Both the position numbers and the translations under genes were made by a program. From Candidatus Hydrogenedentota bacterium (GTDB taxonomy: Bacteria; Hydrogenedentota; Hydrogenedentia; Hydrogenedentales; SLHB01): 64,000 nt of DNA. Shown piece by piece: positions 40,204 through 50,541 of the stretch. The notes below the pieces were generated by a model. That model was given only the letters and a program-made list of their open reading frames with translations, was not told where the DNA came from and made no database searches. The DNA is taken from NCBI GenBank assembly GCA_963745075.1, contig CAVUWV010000031.1, positions 192,001 through 256,000 of the forward strand. Reading direction: 5' to 3'. Every line of letters starts with the position of its first letter. The first letter of the stretch is position 1.

Positions 40204-40770
40204 TTACTGATTGGCGGTGCCGGCGGATGGTTCGGCAGCATCACCGGAATCGGCGCCGGTCTCGTTGCCTCGGCTGATTCGTTGGTTCCATTCGCGGTCT
40301 TTTTGCATTTTCAGGCGATCCACGTCGGAAAGCTGCCGATCCGTTACAATCACGAGATGGTAGCCCAAACCCGACTTCAAGACGGGACTCAGTTTGCCGA
40401 TCGGGGCCGTCCACGCGTATACCTCAATCGCCGGGTCGAGCGTTCCCATCGGGACGTATCCGATATCGCCGCCGCGCGCAGCGCTCTGGGGATCGTTGGA
40501 GTACTCTTCCGCCATGTCGCCGAAGTCGGCTCCATTCACAATGCGTTCGCGCAAGTCGCGTATGAGATCGCGCGCGCGGGCGTCGTCCGCCGGGTCGCCC
40601 GCTTTAACTGCGATGAGAATGTGTTTCAGCCGGACCATAGACGTGTTCGGATTCGTCTTACCCGACCACCAGATCGCGACGGACATCATGGCGACCAGGA
40701 CGAACACGGCGCCCCAGATCAGTTTCGTACGGTCTTTTGGTTCCGGCAAATCGTCTAACTCAGATCCCAT
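40204..40770 (-). CDS. Parvulin-type peptidyl-prolyl isomerase with N-terminal TM
   Basis: HILI, FGDMAEEYSND, GGDIG, GYHLVIV. Confidence 0.9.
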   Translation of the reverse strand: MGSELDDLPEPKDRTKLIWGAVFVLVAMMSVAIWWSGKTNPNTSMVRLKHILIAVKAGDPADDARARDLIRDLRERIVNGADFGDMAEEYSNDPQSAARGGDIGYVPMGTLDPAIEVYAWTAPIGKLSPVLKSGLGYHLVIVTDRQLSDVDRLKMQKDREWNQRISRGNETGADSGDAAEPSAGTANQ

Positions 40771-41809
40771 CCAGAATGTCTCCCATCATGCCGAAGTACA
40801 TCAAATAAAACGAGATAATAATATACCCAATCAGCCCGGCCACGGCCAGGAGGATCAGCACGCCCATGACACGCGTGGCGATGGCCACCGCATGCTGCGC
40901 TTCTTCGAGATGGTATTCGGAGACCTTACGCAGGGCCTGTTCCATCTGACCGGACTGCTCGCCGATGGCGATCATTTCCCGCGCGGTGGGGGTCAGCATC
41001 CGGGAAGCGCCGAATGATTCGACGAGCGTATATCCTTCCCGCACCAGCGGCACGGCTTTCAGCAGATCCTTCTCCATATATGGATTTGCGGTGATGGCGG
41101 CGGAATTCACGATGCAGTGGTCCACCCGCACCCCCGCTCCGATCAGCAAGGACATGCTGCGGAAAAACCGGGCGAGCCCGAAACGTCTCGTGACCGGCGC
41201 CATGGGCCAGATGTGCGTCGCAAACAAGCCCCACACATAGCCGAAGAGACCGAGCCGGGACAACACGACGCAGGCGGCAAAAATCGCGGCAAACACCAGG
41301 GTCGCTTCGGCCTGGAAAATTATGTAATCGTGAACGAACTTCATGAGATCGAAACTCTGACCCGACGCGCTCGGTTTGAAGATTCCGCTGATTCGCCGAA
41401 TGAGCATGATCGCGAACATCCCCACGTACCAGGCGGCGGCAAGTTGAAGGCCCGGGTAAATGAGGGACCGGACGATCTGGCGCTGCATATCGAGGCGGTC
41501 CTCGTAATACTGGGCCAAGTCGCGCAGCATGATGTCGAGTTTTCCGCCCGTTTCGCCGGTGGCAAGGAGTTCCACGAAGAACTGGGGCAGGTACCGGCGC
41601 TGGGTCCGGGCGGCATCGCCGAGGGTGCCCCCGTTCTTGATGGTATCCCCCATCTCTTCCATGACTTGGCGAATGCGCTTGTCGCCATTTTGCCGGCCCA
41701 CGATCTCGAGTCCGCGCAAAATGGGAATGCCCGCGTCGTAGGACGTGGCGAGTTGACGGCAGAGGGGAACCACTTTTTTGAGCGATATTTGCGGAGAAAA
41801 AAGGCCCAT
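40760..41809 (-). CDS. Type II secretion/type IV pilus platform protein (GspF/PilC family)
   Basis: RQLATSYDAGIPILRGL, TGETGGKLD, LIYP, ARFFRSMSLLIGAG, IGEQSG; ATG at 41809. Confidence 0.9.
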   Translation of the reverse strand: MGLFSPQISLKKVVPLCRQLATSYDAGIPILRGLEIVGRQNGDKRIRQVMEEMGDTIKNGGTLGDAARTQRRYLPQFFVELLATGETGGKLDIMLRDLAQYYEDRLDMQRQIVRSLIYPGLQLAAAWYVGMFAIMLIRRISGIFKPSASGQSFDLMKFVHDYIIFQAEATLVFAAIFAACVVLSRLGLFGYVWGLFATHIWPMAPVTRRFGLARFFRSMSLLIGAGVRVDHCIVNSAAITANPYMEKDLLKAVPLVREGYTLVESFGASRMLTPTAREMIAIGEQSGQMEQALRKVSEYHLEEAQHAVAIATRVMGVLILLAVAGLIGYIIISFYLMYFGMMGDILDGI

Positions 41810-41922
41810 AACGTCGGATGTTCCTTGTTGCAGCCGGATTGAACTCGAGGACGAACTTCTCTTCTCGTGCCCGAATCCACCGCAGTTTAGCAAAGGGGAA
41901 CGTGCAAACGCTAATCGAGTAT

Positions 41923-42936
41923 TCAAAAAACGGTGTGCCAAAGCGCGTTGAGCGACTCGACAAGCATACCGAGAACCCATGACGCCAGGAACAACACAAC
42001 GCCCACCACGACCATCGCGAGAATCATGTATCCCGTCAGTCCAATCGCAATGACATGAACGGGATAGGCTGCCTCCGCATAGAGATAGTCCGCGCACTTG
42101 TAGAGCAGCTCCTCGTCCCGGCCGGACAGTTCTCCAACGTTGACCATTTCCTGCACCATTTCGGGAAGCACCCCGGTCCGGCTGAGCGCCTCATGCAACG
42201 ACTCCCCTTGCTGCACCAGGGGTACCGCTTGGCACAGTGCTCGCTTGAGCCGGGGATGGGTTGTCACCGCGGCGGAACGTTCGATGCTCTGACGGATCGT
42301 CAGTCCCGCTCCCAACATGACCCCCATGCAGCGGCAGAACCGTGCCAACGCAAAACGGCGCCAAAGCCCGGCGATCGGCCGGATTCGCGAGAAAATGGGA
42401 TCGGTAATCTTCCTCAAAATCCCAAGGCGGGCAAGTATCACGATGGCAAGGAACATAGGACCGTACGCCCGTAGCATATACCACATGAATTGTAAGATGT
42501 ACGCCTCCGGGCTGAGAGATGTCAGTATGAAGCCTGACACGAAAGGGATAATGAACCACCAGGTAATCAGGAGACAGATCGGGTACATAGCCCCACGCCA
42601 ATACAGACGTATCAACCGCAGCATTTGCTCGTAGTGTTTGGTCAGGTCTTCGAGGACGACATCCTGGCGGCCGGCCACCTCACCGGCAATCATGGTCTCT
42701 ACGAACATGTCCGGCAAGTATTTCGACTCCTTGCGGAGTGCGTCGCCAAGGGTACCTCCCCGCCGAAGGACGTCGATCATGGAGGGCAGAATCTTATGAA
42801 ACGGTTTGCCGTGGGGACTCTCTCGAAGAAGGCTGAGGGCACGTACGATGGGAATACCCCCGTTCGTCATTGATGACAACTGGTAGCTCAATTGAGCCAT
42901 GCGTTTGGTCGAGAACTTGGACGAGAAAAGCCCCAC
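41923..42936 (-). CDS. Second GspF/PilC family paralog
   Basis: QLSSMTNGGIPIVRAL, AGEVAG, MYP, ARFCRCMGVMLGAG, VGELSG; GTG at 42936 after GGAGG. Confidence 0.88.
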   Translation of the reverse strand: MGLFSSKFSTKRMAQLSYQLSSMTNGGIPIVRALSLLRESPHGKPFHKILPSMIDVLRRGGTLGDALRKESKYLPDMFVETMIAGEVAGRQDVVLEDLTKHYEQMLRLIRLYWRGAMYPICLLITWWFIIPFVSGFILTSLSPEAYILQFMWYMLRAYGPMFLAIVILARLGILRKITDPIFSRIRPIAGLWRRFALARFCRCMGVMLGAGLTIRQSIERSAAVTTHPRLKRALCQAVPLVQQGESLHEALSRTGVLPEMVQEMVNVGELSGRDEELLYKCADYLYAEAAYPVHVIAIGLTGYMILAMVVVGVVLFLASWVLGMLVESLNALWHTVF

Positions 42937-43088
42937 GTACACCTCCAGGCGAGGTAACGGCATTGCACGCCGTCTGTGCTACGATACGCTCTGCCGTTGC
43001 CAGACGGGTTGAGTGTAGCAAAACGATTGGACGTGCCTCATACGCGCACATCGCGTGTGCAAACAAGTGCAGGCCAGGAGATTGCGTA

Positions 43089-43610
43089 TTGGCTTTGGAA
43101 CCGCATTATCGGATGGTGCCCTCCTCCGATCTACCCCCGATACCAAGAAACCCGGTCCATGTTGTTCTGGACAACATCCGTAGCGCGTTCAACGTGGGCT
43201 CGATGTTCCGCACGGCGGACGCGGGAGCGGTCGAGCATATGCATCTCTGTGGGATGACGGCATTTCCACCGAATCTGAAGCTCAAGAAGACCGCGTTGGG
43301 CGCAACGGATTATGTGCCTTGGACCCACCGGCGGCGTACGGAGGAAGCGCTCGACTGGCTTCAGGCGGAAGGAATCCCCTGCTATGCCGTGGAAACGGCG
43401 GACGATGCCGTATCCCATACGCGTCTGGAATGGCCGCGGCCCACGGCAATCGTTTTGGGAAACGAGGTTACGGGCATCTCGCCGGATATCTTGGGGCGCT
43501 GCACCAAAACCGTCCAAATCCCGATGGGAGGTTATAAGAACACGATAAATGTGGCGACGGCTTTCGGGGTTGTGCTATTCGAGATTTTACGACAATGGGA
43601 AGCGAATTGA
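43089..43610 (+). CDS. TrmH/SpoU family RNA methyltransferase
   Basis: VVLDNIRSAFNVGSMFRTAD, VLGNEVTG, IPM.G..NTINVA; start uncertain. Confidence 0.9.
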   Translation: MALEPHYRMVPSSDLPPIPRNPVHVVLDNIRSAFNVGSMFRTADAGAVEHMHLCGMTAFPPNLKLKKTALGATDYVPWTHRRRTEEALDWLQAEGIPCYAVETADDAVSHTRLEWPRPTAIVLGNEVTGISPDILGRCTKTVQIPMGGYKNTINVATAFGVVLFEILRQWEAN

Positions 43611-43792
43611 ACTAAAACGGGACCGGGCACGAATACAGGGACATGCGCCCGACGTTTGCGTAAGGGATGCGTGTAAACACGGGCTGGAAGACGCAGGCTA
43701 CGTCAGCGTATAGTGTTGGAACTGCAAGGTGTTGTTTTTTGTACGGATACTCAGGCAGGGAAACCCTGCCAACTCCTGGAGGATGGTGCACA

Positions 43793-44422
43793 ATGAGAAT
43801 CAAAGGTGTTGGTCTAATGGCATTGGCGCTGGCATTTACGCTGGCATCCGGTGCGGCATTCGCGGCGGACGAGGTCAAGGGTGACCCGTACCCCCTGGAT
43901 CACTGTTTCATGTCGGGTAAACCGCTGCCGGAAGGCGGGGACGCCGTGTCGACGGTTTACGAGGGCCGGCAAGTCAAGTTCTGCTGCAACGGGTGCAAGA
44001 GCAAGTTCGAGGCGGACCCGACGGCGGCGCTTTCCAAATTGGACACTGAGATCGTCGAACAGCAGAAATCTCGCTATCCGCTGAAGACCTGTGTGGTCAG
44101 CGGCGAGGCGATCAAGGACGGCGAAGGCGTCGATTTTGTATACAACAACCGGTACATGCACCTGTGCTGTGCGGGTTGCGAGAAGAAGATTAAGGCGGAT
44201 CCCGCCAGGTACATTGGCGACGTAGACGCGGCCGTGATCAAGTCTCAAGAAGGGTCGTACGCAGTGAAGACGTGTCCGGTTTCCGGTGAGGAGATTGGGA
44301 GCATGGGCGAGCCGGTCAAGATGGTGGTTGCCAACCAGTTGATCGAACTGTGCTGCAAGGGCTGCAAGAAGAAAGTCGACGCGGACCCGGCCAAGTATCT
44401 CTCGAAGGTGGAACCGAAGTAA
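43793..44422 (+). CDS. Secreted protein with three YHS/TRASH-like Cys-rich repeats
   Basis: Signal peptide ending AFA; three copies of C..SG...CC.GC...ADP. Confidence 0.85.
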   Translation: MRIKGVGLMALALAFTLASGAAFAADEVKGDPYPLDHCFMSGKPLPEGGDAVSTVYEGRQVKFCCNGCKSKFEADPTAALSKLDTEIVEQQKSRYPLKTCVVSGEAIKDGEGVDFVYNNRYMHLCCAGCEKKIKADPARYIGDVDAAVIKSQEGSYAVKTCPVSGEEIGSMGEPVKMVVANQLIELCCKGCKKKVDADPAKYLSKVEPK

Positions 44423-44455
44423 CGCAGCAAATCGACGCCGCAAGACGATGAAATT

Positions 44456-44499
44456 CGCGGGAACCGGGCACGTGCCCCGGTTCCCGCGTTTGGTTTTTT
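44456..44499 (+). terminator. Rho-independent terminator
   Basis: Stem cgcgggaaccggg/cccggttcccgcg followed by tttggtttttt. Confidence 0.7.
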
Positions 44500-44529
44500 G
44501 GTGCCGGGTCGATGTGTACACTGGGTAGG

Positions 44530-44997
44530 ATGACGGAATCACGAGACAATCGCGACGAGAAATTTCCGCATGGCGCGCCGGCACAATCCGCGCCGGACGA
44601 GGAGTCCCTGATTCGAGCGGTCCAGGAGACGCGGGCGGTGGCCAAGCGGGTCGTCGCCAATCCCACCAAAGCGGAACGGCTCGCCAATGCCGCCGATCGG
44701 AAAGCGAGTCGTAATGAAGGGGCAATTCGCCGGGTTCTCAACTATATTCGCGCGCTGACACGGCTTCTGCGCGCCTACGCGCGGAACGAGTACACGGTTA
44801 TCCCGTGGGGGTCGATCGTGTTGGTGGGGATTGCCCTTGTCTATTTCGTGTCGCCCGTGGACTTGATCCCCGACTTTTTCCCGGGCGGACTGATCGACGA
44901 CGTGGCCTTGGTCGCCACGATCGTTCAGCAAATTAAATCCGACTTGGACGCATTCTTGTCGTGGGAGCTGCGCGACCTATCCGAGGAGGACGCTTGA
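44530..44997 (+). CDS. YkvA/DUF1232 family membrane protein
   Basis: ALVYFVSPVDLIPDF...GLIDD. Confidence 0.9.
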   Translation: MTESRDNRDEKFPHGAPAQSAPDEESLIRAVQETRAVAKRVVANPTKAERLANAADRKASRNEGAIRRVLNYIRALTRLLRAYARNEYTVIPWGSIVLVGIALVYFVSPVDLIPDFFPGGLIDDVALVATIVQQIKSDLDAFLSWELRDLSEEDA

Positions 44998-45000
44998 CGC

Positions 45001-47655
45001 TCAGTCGTCGTCATCTTCTGCCTCCTTCGTGACGCCCGGCCAGGCTTCATGGCCGACGTGTACACGTTTTGCGAGTACCGGATAGGGCGTGTCGTACCCC
45101 TTGACGGAGTGCCAGATTATTCGGTTGAGGGTATCCTCATCCGCCATGTCCACTTCATCGAGCGGTTGTTGGATTGACATCTCCGCATAGTGGCGTTGTT
45201 TACCTGACAGGGCGGTCTTCTCGGGGTTGAGTTCGTCGAGGGGGATGTTGTTGGGAAGATGGACGTAGGGTGTCGTGTCGGGCGCGTCCATGAAGCACTC
45301 CACCATGGGCGTCGCAGCCATGTCGAGTTGATTCATGGGGGGCAGTCCAAGAATCAGCTCGATGGTGCGCAGCATGCTGCTCTGATTGTAATGGGCGCCG
45401 ATCACTTCGCCGCGCTTCGTGTACGGGCTGACGCAGAGTGCAACGGTACGGTGGCCGTCTACGTGGTCCAGGCCGGCCTGGGGGTCGTCTTCAACCACAA
45501 AGATCGCCGTCTCGGGCCAGAACCGGCTGTGGCTGACCGCTTCGACGATGCGGCCGAGGGCCACGTCGTTGTCGGCAACCGCGGCCTGCGGCGTGGGATA
45601 CCCCGGCCGCGTGCCCACGGTATGGTCGTTGGGAAGCAGCATGATCATGAAGTTTGGCAGGTCGCCGTTGGCTTCGAATTGCTTGAGTTCGTTGATGAAC
45701 TCCTGGGCGCGGTAGACGTCCTGAACTTTTCCCGGAAACCCGATGAACGAAGGACACAGGTACGGCTCGAGCGTGTGCAGTTCCGTTGTCGCCTGAATAC
45801 TCACGTTGCGCGTGCCGTTGTTGTAATCGGCGTAGATGTCTTGCCACGTGGCGTTGCCGGGTTCGATCTTGGCTTTCACAAACTCGCCGTAGTCGCGGAA
45901 GGTCAGGCCCGCGCGCAGGGCGTAATCCCAGATGAATCCCGAGGAGGCATAGGCCAACGCGTCATCGCCGTCGTAGGGGTAGCTGCGGGAGAAATCGCCG
46001 AAACTTTTCTCGAGGTAATCGGTCACGTAGCCTTCATCGGTCCATTGGTGCCCATCCGCACTGAGGACCCCGTTGCAGTAGAAATTGTCGAGCAGAACGA
46101 AGGTTTCGGCAAGCGCGTGGTGATTGGGGGTAACGTCGCGCCCGAACTGGCAGAGGGTTGGATCGCCGTTGCCCTGGGGCATATCGCCGAACACCTGGTC
46201 GTAGGTGCGGTTTTCCTTGATGATGTACAGGACATGTTTGATGGGCGACACCTCGCCGGGGCGTGTGGGTAGGGGGGTGGTTCGCGGTTGGACGCGCTTG
46301 AGGTTCATGACCTCGTACATACGGGGCAACTGCATATTGGTGGCGACCCGAATCGTGTAGTTTTCGAGCGTGTCCACGTCGGGCACGTCCACGAACGCGA
46401 TCGAACCCAGGTGATCGTGCGAGTTGAAGCCGGTCCAGCCGCTGCCGAACATGTCGGCTTTCATCCCCGCGTTGGTTTTTTGATAGCGGCTACCAACGCC
46501 TTTCGTGTTGGCAATGCAGAGGGTGTTGCCGGTCAACAGAACGGCCCCGGGATACCATCCTGTGGGGATCAGACCGGTTACCCGCCTGGCAACCAGATCG
46601 ATTACGGCGATGGCGTTGTTGGCGCCATTCGCCACATAGAGGGATTTGCCGTCCCGGGAAATCGCCAGCGCGTTCGGCGCGCTGCCAAACGGCAAGTCGT
46701 CCATCGGCTTGACGCCCAAGGTGTCAATGCGGGTATCGGTTGCCGTATCGATTACGGAGACCGTGTCGCTGTTGGCATTGGCGACGTAGAGACGCGATCC
46801 GTCCGGAGACATTGCCATCTCGCTGGGGTGCAGATCGACGTCAATTTCCTTGATCGTTGTCCGCAGGGATAGGTCGACGACCGAAATGGTGCCGGTCGAG
46901 ACGATCCCCGTCTTCGGATCGACGACGGTGCGGCTTCCGGAGGTCGGCCCGGTGGTATCGGCATCGGTAGGCCGCCGCCCCGCCCAGTTGCTGACGTAGG
47001 CCTTGGCACCGGCAAGAAGGACGGTGTACGGCGCGATGCCTACGGGGATCTCGGATTCGACCTGACCCGACGCGAGATTCACGACGCCGAGCGTGTTGTT
47101 ACGGCTGAGGGTCACGTAGGCGATGCCGTTATCTTCGTCGAGCGCCAACCCGCCGGGACTGGAGTTTTTGTCGCCGTTGGGACCCGGCAGTACAAATTCG
47201 GCGGTCCACGCAAAGGTGCCGTCCGGCTGCACGGTGGCGCCCCGCAGAAACTGTTCAGTGGCAGTGTTCCAAAGGGTACGGCCGTCGCGGCTCCAGGCGA
47301 TGCCGCAGAAACTGTTGCCGTTGCTGGGGAGCTTCAGCGTCTGTTGGATTTCGCGGGTCGCCATATTGACGAAAGTCACGTCATTCCTATTCTTGACGGC
47401 AAGGATCGCGCCGTCGGGACTGAGCGCGAGGTCCACGGGGCGGCCGGGAAAGAGAATGGTCTTGCCTGCGGGGTCGATCCGCTGGGCCGTCGCAACGATG
47501 TAGGTACCATCGTTTTGAGGGCCCACGACGACTTTATCGAGGAACGCCTCGGGGCCGCGGTTCAGGGCTCGATCGATCCCCGGTGGATGCTGCATGGAGG
47601 TGACGCATCCGGTGGCCGCGGTTACGACGGCTAACACAAGCAGAATCCGGCGCAT
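45001..47655 (-). CDS. YncE/YVTN beta-propeller plus alkaline-phosphatase-superfamily phosphoesterase, probable lipoprotein
   Basis: Lipobox AATGC; SPDGSRLYVANANSDTVSVID repeats; IKHVLYIIKENRTYDQ, SADGH, LPNDH, VEDD...DHVDGHR. Confidence 0.9.
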   Translation of the reverse strand: MRRILLVLAVVTAATGCVTSMQHPPGIDRALNRGPEAFLDKVVVGPQNDGTYIVATAQRIDPAGKTILFPGRPVDLALSPDGAILAVKNRNDVTFVNMATREIQQTLKLPSNGNSFCGIAWSRDGRTLWNTATEQFLRGATVQPDGTFAWTAEFVLPGPNGDKNSSPGGLALDEDNGIAYVTLSRNNTLGVVNLASGQVESEIPVGIAPYTVLLAGAKAYVSNWAGRRPTDADTTGPTSGSRTVVDPKTGIVSTGTISVVDLSLRTTIKEIDVDLHPSEMAMSPDGSRLYVANANSDTVSVIDTATDTRIDTLGVKPMDDLPFGSAPNALAISRDGKSLYVANGANNAIAVIDLVARRVTGLIPTGWYPGAVLLTGNTLCIANTKGVGSRYQKTNAGMKADMFGSGWTGFNSHDHLGSIAFVDVPDVDTLENYTIRVATNMQLPRMYEVMNLKRVQPRTTPLPTRPGEVSPIKHVLYIIKENRTYDQVFGDMPQGNGDPTLCQFGRDVTPNHHALAETFVLLDNFYCNGVLSADGHQWTDEGYVTDYLEKSFGDFSRSYPYDGDDALAYASSGFIWDYALRAGLTFRDYGEFVKAKIEPGNATWQDIYADYNNGTRNVSIQATTELHTLEPYLCPSFIGFPGKVQDVYRAQEFINELKQFEANGDLPNFMIMLLPNDHTVGTRPGYPTPQAAVADNDVALGRIVEAVSHSRFWPETAIFVVEDDPQAGLDHVDGHRTVALCVSPYTKRGEVIGAHYNQSSMLRTIELILGLPPMNQLDMAATPMVECFMDAPDTTPYVHLPNNIPLDELNPEKTALSGKQRHYAEMSIQQPLDEVDMADEDTLNRIIWHSVKGYDTPYPVLAKRVHVGHEAWPGVTKEAEDDDD

Positions 47656-48071
47656 GGGCAATCCTTTCTCCGACGACTGCGGGTGTTCGAAAGACTCCCG
47701 CAGTGTAGCCCAGACCGGGAGACCCTTCAACCGGGGCTTGAACGAATTCGGCCCATTGTGCTAGCGTCTGGGCAGATATCAACAGGAGATCTCCACATGT
47801 CGAACCATTTGCGTTGCTTGTCCCGGAAGCCCAAGTCCGCCGTGATCGGACCTGAACTCACCGCTCTTCAACAGTTCTTCGCATTTTTGACAAAAGGCAA
47901 GTTTATTCCGACCGCATAGGAAGGACTGGTCCGCAGTGTCCAGGCTGGTCCGGGCGTAGGCGCGGGCCAGCCTGTTTGTATTTCAGACGGTTCGGCAATT
48001 TTCAAACCCCGCTTTCATACGCGATTGGCATCCGGTCGATCGGCTGCGGCTACGTGGAAAGGACAAAGACT

Positions 48072-48584
48072 ATGATCAACAGCAGCCTGGAAAAAGCGCT
48101 GAATAAGCAACTGAATATGGAACTCTACTCGGCGTATGCCTACGCGTCGATGGCGGCGTATTTCGAGCACAAGAATTACAATGGATTCTCGACCTGGATG
48201 AAGACGCAGGCGGCCGAGGAGATGGGCCACGCGCGAAAGTTCTACGAATACATCCTGAATGTGGGCGGCCGAGTGCAGCTCGACGCCATCGACAAGCCGC
48301 CGGCGGAATTCAAATCGCCGGTGTCGGTGTTCGAAGGGGCGCTCGAACACGAACGCAAGGTGACGAAGGCGATCTACAAGCTCGTGGACCTGGCCACTAA
48401 AGAGTCGCACCATGCGACGACAACGTTTCTGCAATGGTTCGTAACGGAACAGGTCGAAGAAGAAGCCGTCGCCGACAATATCGTGCAGCGCTTGACGATG
48501 GTGGGCGATTCGCCCGAGGGGCTGTTCATGATGGATCGGGAACTGGGTGCGCGCCAGTCGGAGCCTCCGGCCACGACCGGCTAA
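48072..48584 (+). CDS. ftnA: Ferritin (non-heme)
   Basis: LNKQLNMELYSAYAY, QAAEEMGHA, EHERKVT, FLQWFVTEQVEEE. Confidence 0.95.
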   Translation: MINSSLEKALNKQLNMELYSAYAYASMAAYFEHKNYNGFSTWMKTQAAEEMGHARKFYEYILNVGGRVQLDAIDKPPAEFKSPVSVFEGALEHERKVTKAIYKLVDLATKESHHATTTFLQWFVTEQVEEEAVADNIVQRLTMVGDSPEGLFMMDRELGARQSEPPATTG

Positions 48585-48605
48585 ACATAAAGCTACGACG
48601 TCGTG

Positions 48606-48637
48606 ACGGGCCGTCTTTCCTGGCGGCCCGTTTTCTT
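48606..48637 (+). terminator. Rho-independent terminator after ferritin
   Basis: acgggccgtc-loop-ggcggcccgt followed by tttctt. Confidence 0.6.
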
Positions 48638-48711
48638 ATGCGCCGGTTTTGTTCCTGCGATTCACCTGCTATGATGACCGGGAACGGAGGGAAGACGGCA
48701 GGAGCCGGCCA

Positions 48712-49746
48712 ATGGCGGACCACAATCTGGACCAACTGGCAAGGGATTATGAATCCCTGTACCTGAGTTACATCGCCCTCAACCGGGAGGTCGATCACCT
48801 CTCGACACTCCGTGAAATCGGACTCGCCATCAACTCCTCACTCGATCTCAACGAGACGTTTACGATCATCGCAAACGTGGTTCACGGCGCCCTCGACATC
48901 GGCCGGTTGACCATCTTTCAAATCGAAAAGGACGGGAAAACGGTTCAGCCCGTGATTGCGAAGTATGGTGAGGACCTGATCGATCGGGAACGGCTGAAAG
49001 AAGAGGCGATGCCGCTCGCAGGCAATCCGATCGGCGAGGTGTTGCAGTACCGAAAGGTTGTTCTGATCAATACCCAGTGGCAGACGGCGGCGTACGTGCC
49101 GCTCATCGCGCAACATACTGCGGTAGGGGTTATGCGGCTGGAAGACCCCCGGAATGGCGGAGATTTTTCGGAAGACGATGCGACCCTGTTCCAGTCGTTG
49201 GGACTGCAGATCGCCATCGCCATTCGCAACGCGCAATTGTACGCCATGGCGGTGACGGACGGGCTGACGGGGCTGTACGTGCGCCGGTATTTCGACTTGC
49301 GGTTGGACGAGGAATTCGACCAGGCGAAGCGATACGGCCGTAAATTCGCGATCCTGCTGTTCGATATCGATCATTTCAAGCAGTTCAACGATACGCACGG
49401 TCATCAAACCGGCGACATGGTATTGCGGGAGTTCGCCGAGTTGATTGGAAACAACACGCGGCGCTCGGACATCTGCTGCCGCTACGGCGGAGAGGAAATG
49501 GTGGTGATTCTCCCGGAAACCGGGTTGAACGAGGCCTCACTGCTGGCGAGCAAATTGTGCGCGCGGATCCGGTCGCATCCATTTACGGGGACCGGCGGTG
49601 AGGAGCTATCGGTGACGGCAAGCATCGGCGTGGCCGCGTACGCGACGGAGTTTGGGAGTCCGTCGGCCTTGGTGGAAGCGGCGGACGAGGCGCTCTATGA
49701 GGCGAAACGGCTGGGACGCAACCGGGTGGAGCTAGCTGGCATTTAA
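48712..49746 (+). CDS. GAF-sensor diguanylate cyclase (GGDEF)
   Basis: TDGLTGL, DIDHFKQFNDTHGHQTGD, RxxD I-site (RRSD), RYGGEEM, ADEALY.AK. Confidence 0.93.
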   Translation: MADHNLDQLARDYESLYLSYIALNREVDHLSTLREIGLAINSSLDLNETFTIIANVVHGALDIGRLTIFQIEKDGKTVQPVIAKYGEDLIDRERLKEEAMPLAGNPIGEVLQYRKVVLINTQWQTAAYVPLIAQHTAVGVMRLEDPRNGGDFSEDDATLFQSLGLQIAIAIRNAQLYAMAVTDGLTGLYVRRYFDLRLDEEFDQAKRYGRKFAILLFDIDHFKQFNDTHGHQTGDMVLREFAELIGNNTRRSDICCRYGGEEMVVILPETGLNEASLLASKLCARIRSHPFTGTGGEELSVTASIGVAAYATEFGSPSALVEAADEALYEAKRLGRNRVELAGI

Positions 49747-49775
49747 GAACTTCTAATAAGAACCAAGTCGTCAGA

Positions 49776-49843
49776 TTGTGGTGCGGCCATCTTGGCTGCT
49801 TTTGGACCGATGGCGCCGACAGGCAGGGATGCCCGCACCACAA
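49776..49843. repeat. REP-like inverted doublet TTGTGGTGCGG...CCGCACCACAA between convergent genes
   Basis: Same terminal TGTGGTGC/GCACCACA as the 9795-9847 doublet. Confidence 0.7.
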
Positions 49844-49884
49844 CGGCCGGAATCGATATGGTTTTTGTTAGAAGTTGTAAATTG

Positions 49885-50541
49885 TCACCGGGTTGCGTAG
49901 CACATGGGGAGGTCGATTCGGCGGTCGGCGACGGCAATGGCTTCTCCAGGGTCGTGCGTGGCAATCATGATCGTGATCCCGTCCGATTCCTTGCGCCGGT
50001 TTAGTTCGTCGGTCAAGAGTCCCCGGGAATCGGGATCCAGGTTTGAAAAGGGTTCATCGAGCAGGAGGACCCGAGGGTTGGTGGCAATGGCACGGGCGAA
50101 GGCGAGACGCTGTTGTTCGCCACCCGACAATTCTCCGGGATAGGCACGCGCAAGATCCTCCAACCCCACGGAGGCGAGCAGGTGGCCGGCGCGTTCGCGG
50201 CGTTCCTGTTGGGTCATTTCGGTGTTTTTGAGGACGAATTCGATATGGCGCGAGGCGCGCATATGCGGCCACAAGCCGAAGTCCTGGAACACCATACCAA
50301 CGATGCCGTCCGGCAAGTCCTGCGTCGTTCTCCCGTTGTGAAGCCCGTTCTCTTGAAAGGAAATGGTCCCGCCGTCCGGAACATCAAGTCCGGCAATCAG
50401 GCGAAGTAACGTAGTCTTGCCGCAGCCGGAAGGTCCGCACAAGGCAATGCACTCCCCATCGGCAACGGCGCACGAAAACGCGTCAAGGACCGTTCTCGCG
50501 CCAAAGCGTTTTACCACTGCTTGCACTTCAATCGCGTACAT
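49885..50541 (-). CDS. ABC transporter ATP-binding protein (Fe3+/FbpC-like)
   Basis: GPSGCGKTT, FQD, LSGGEQQR, LLLDEPFSNLD, ATHD. Confidence 0.92.
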   Translation of the reverse strand: MYAIEVQAVVKRFGARTVLDAFSCAVADGECIALCGPSGCGKTTLLRLIAGLDVPDGGTISFQENGLHNGRTTQDLPDGIVGMVFQDFGLWPHMRASRHIEFVLKNTEMTQQERRERAGHLLASVGLEDLARAYPGELSGGEQQRLAFARAIATNPRVLLLDEPFSNLDPDSRGLLTDELNRRKESDGITIMIATHDPGEAIAVADRRIDLPMCYATR

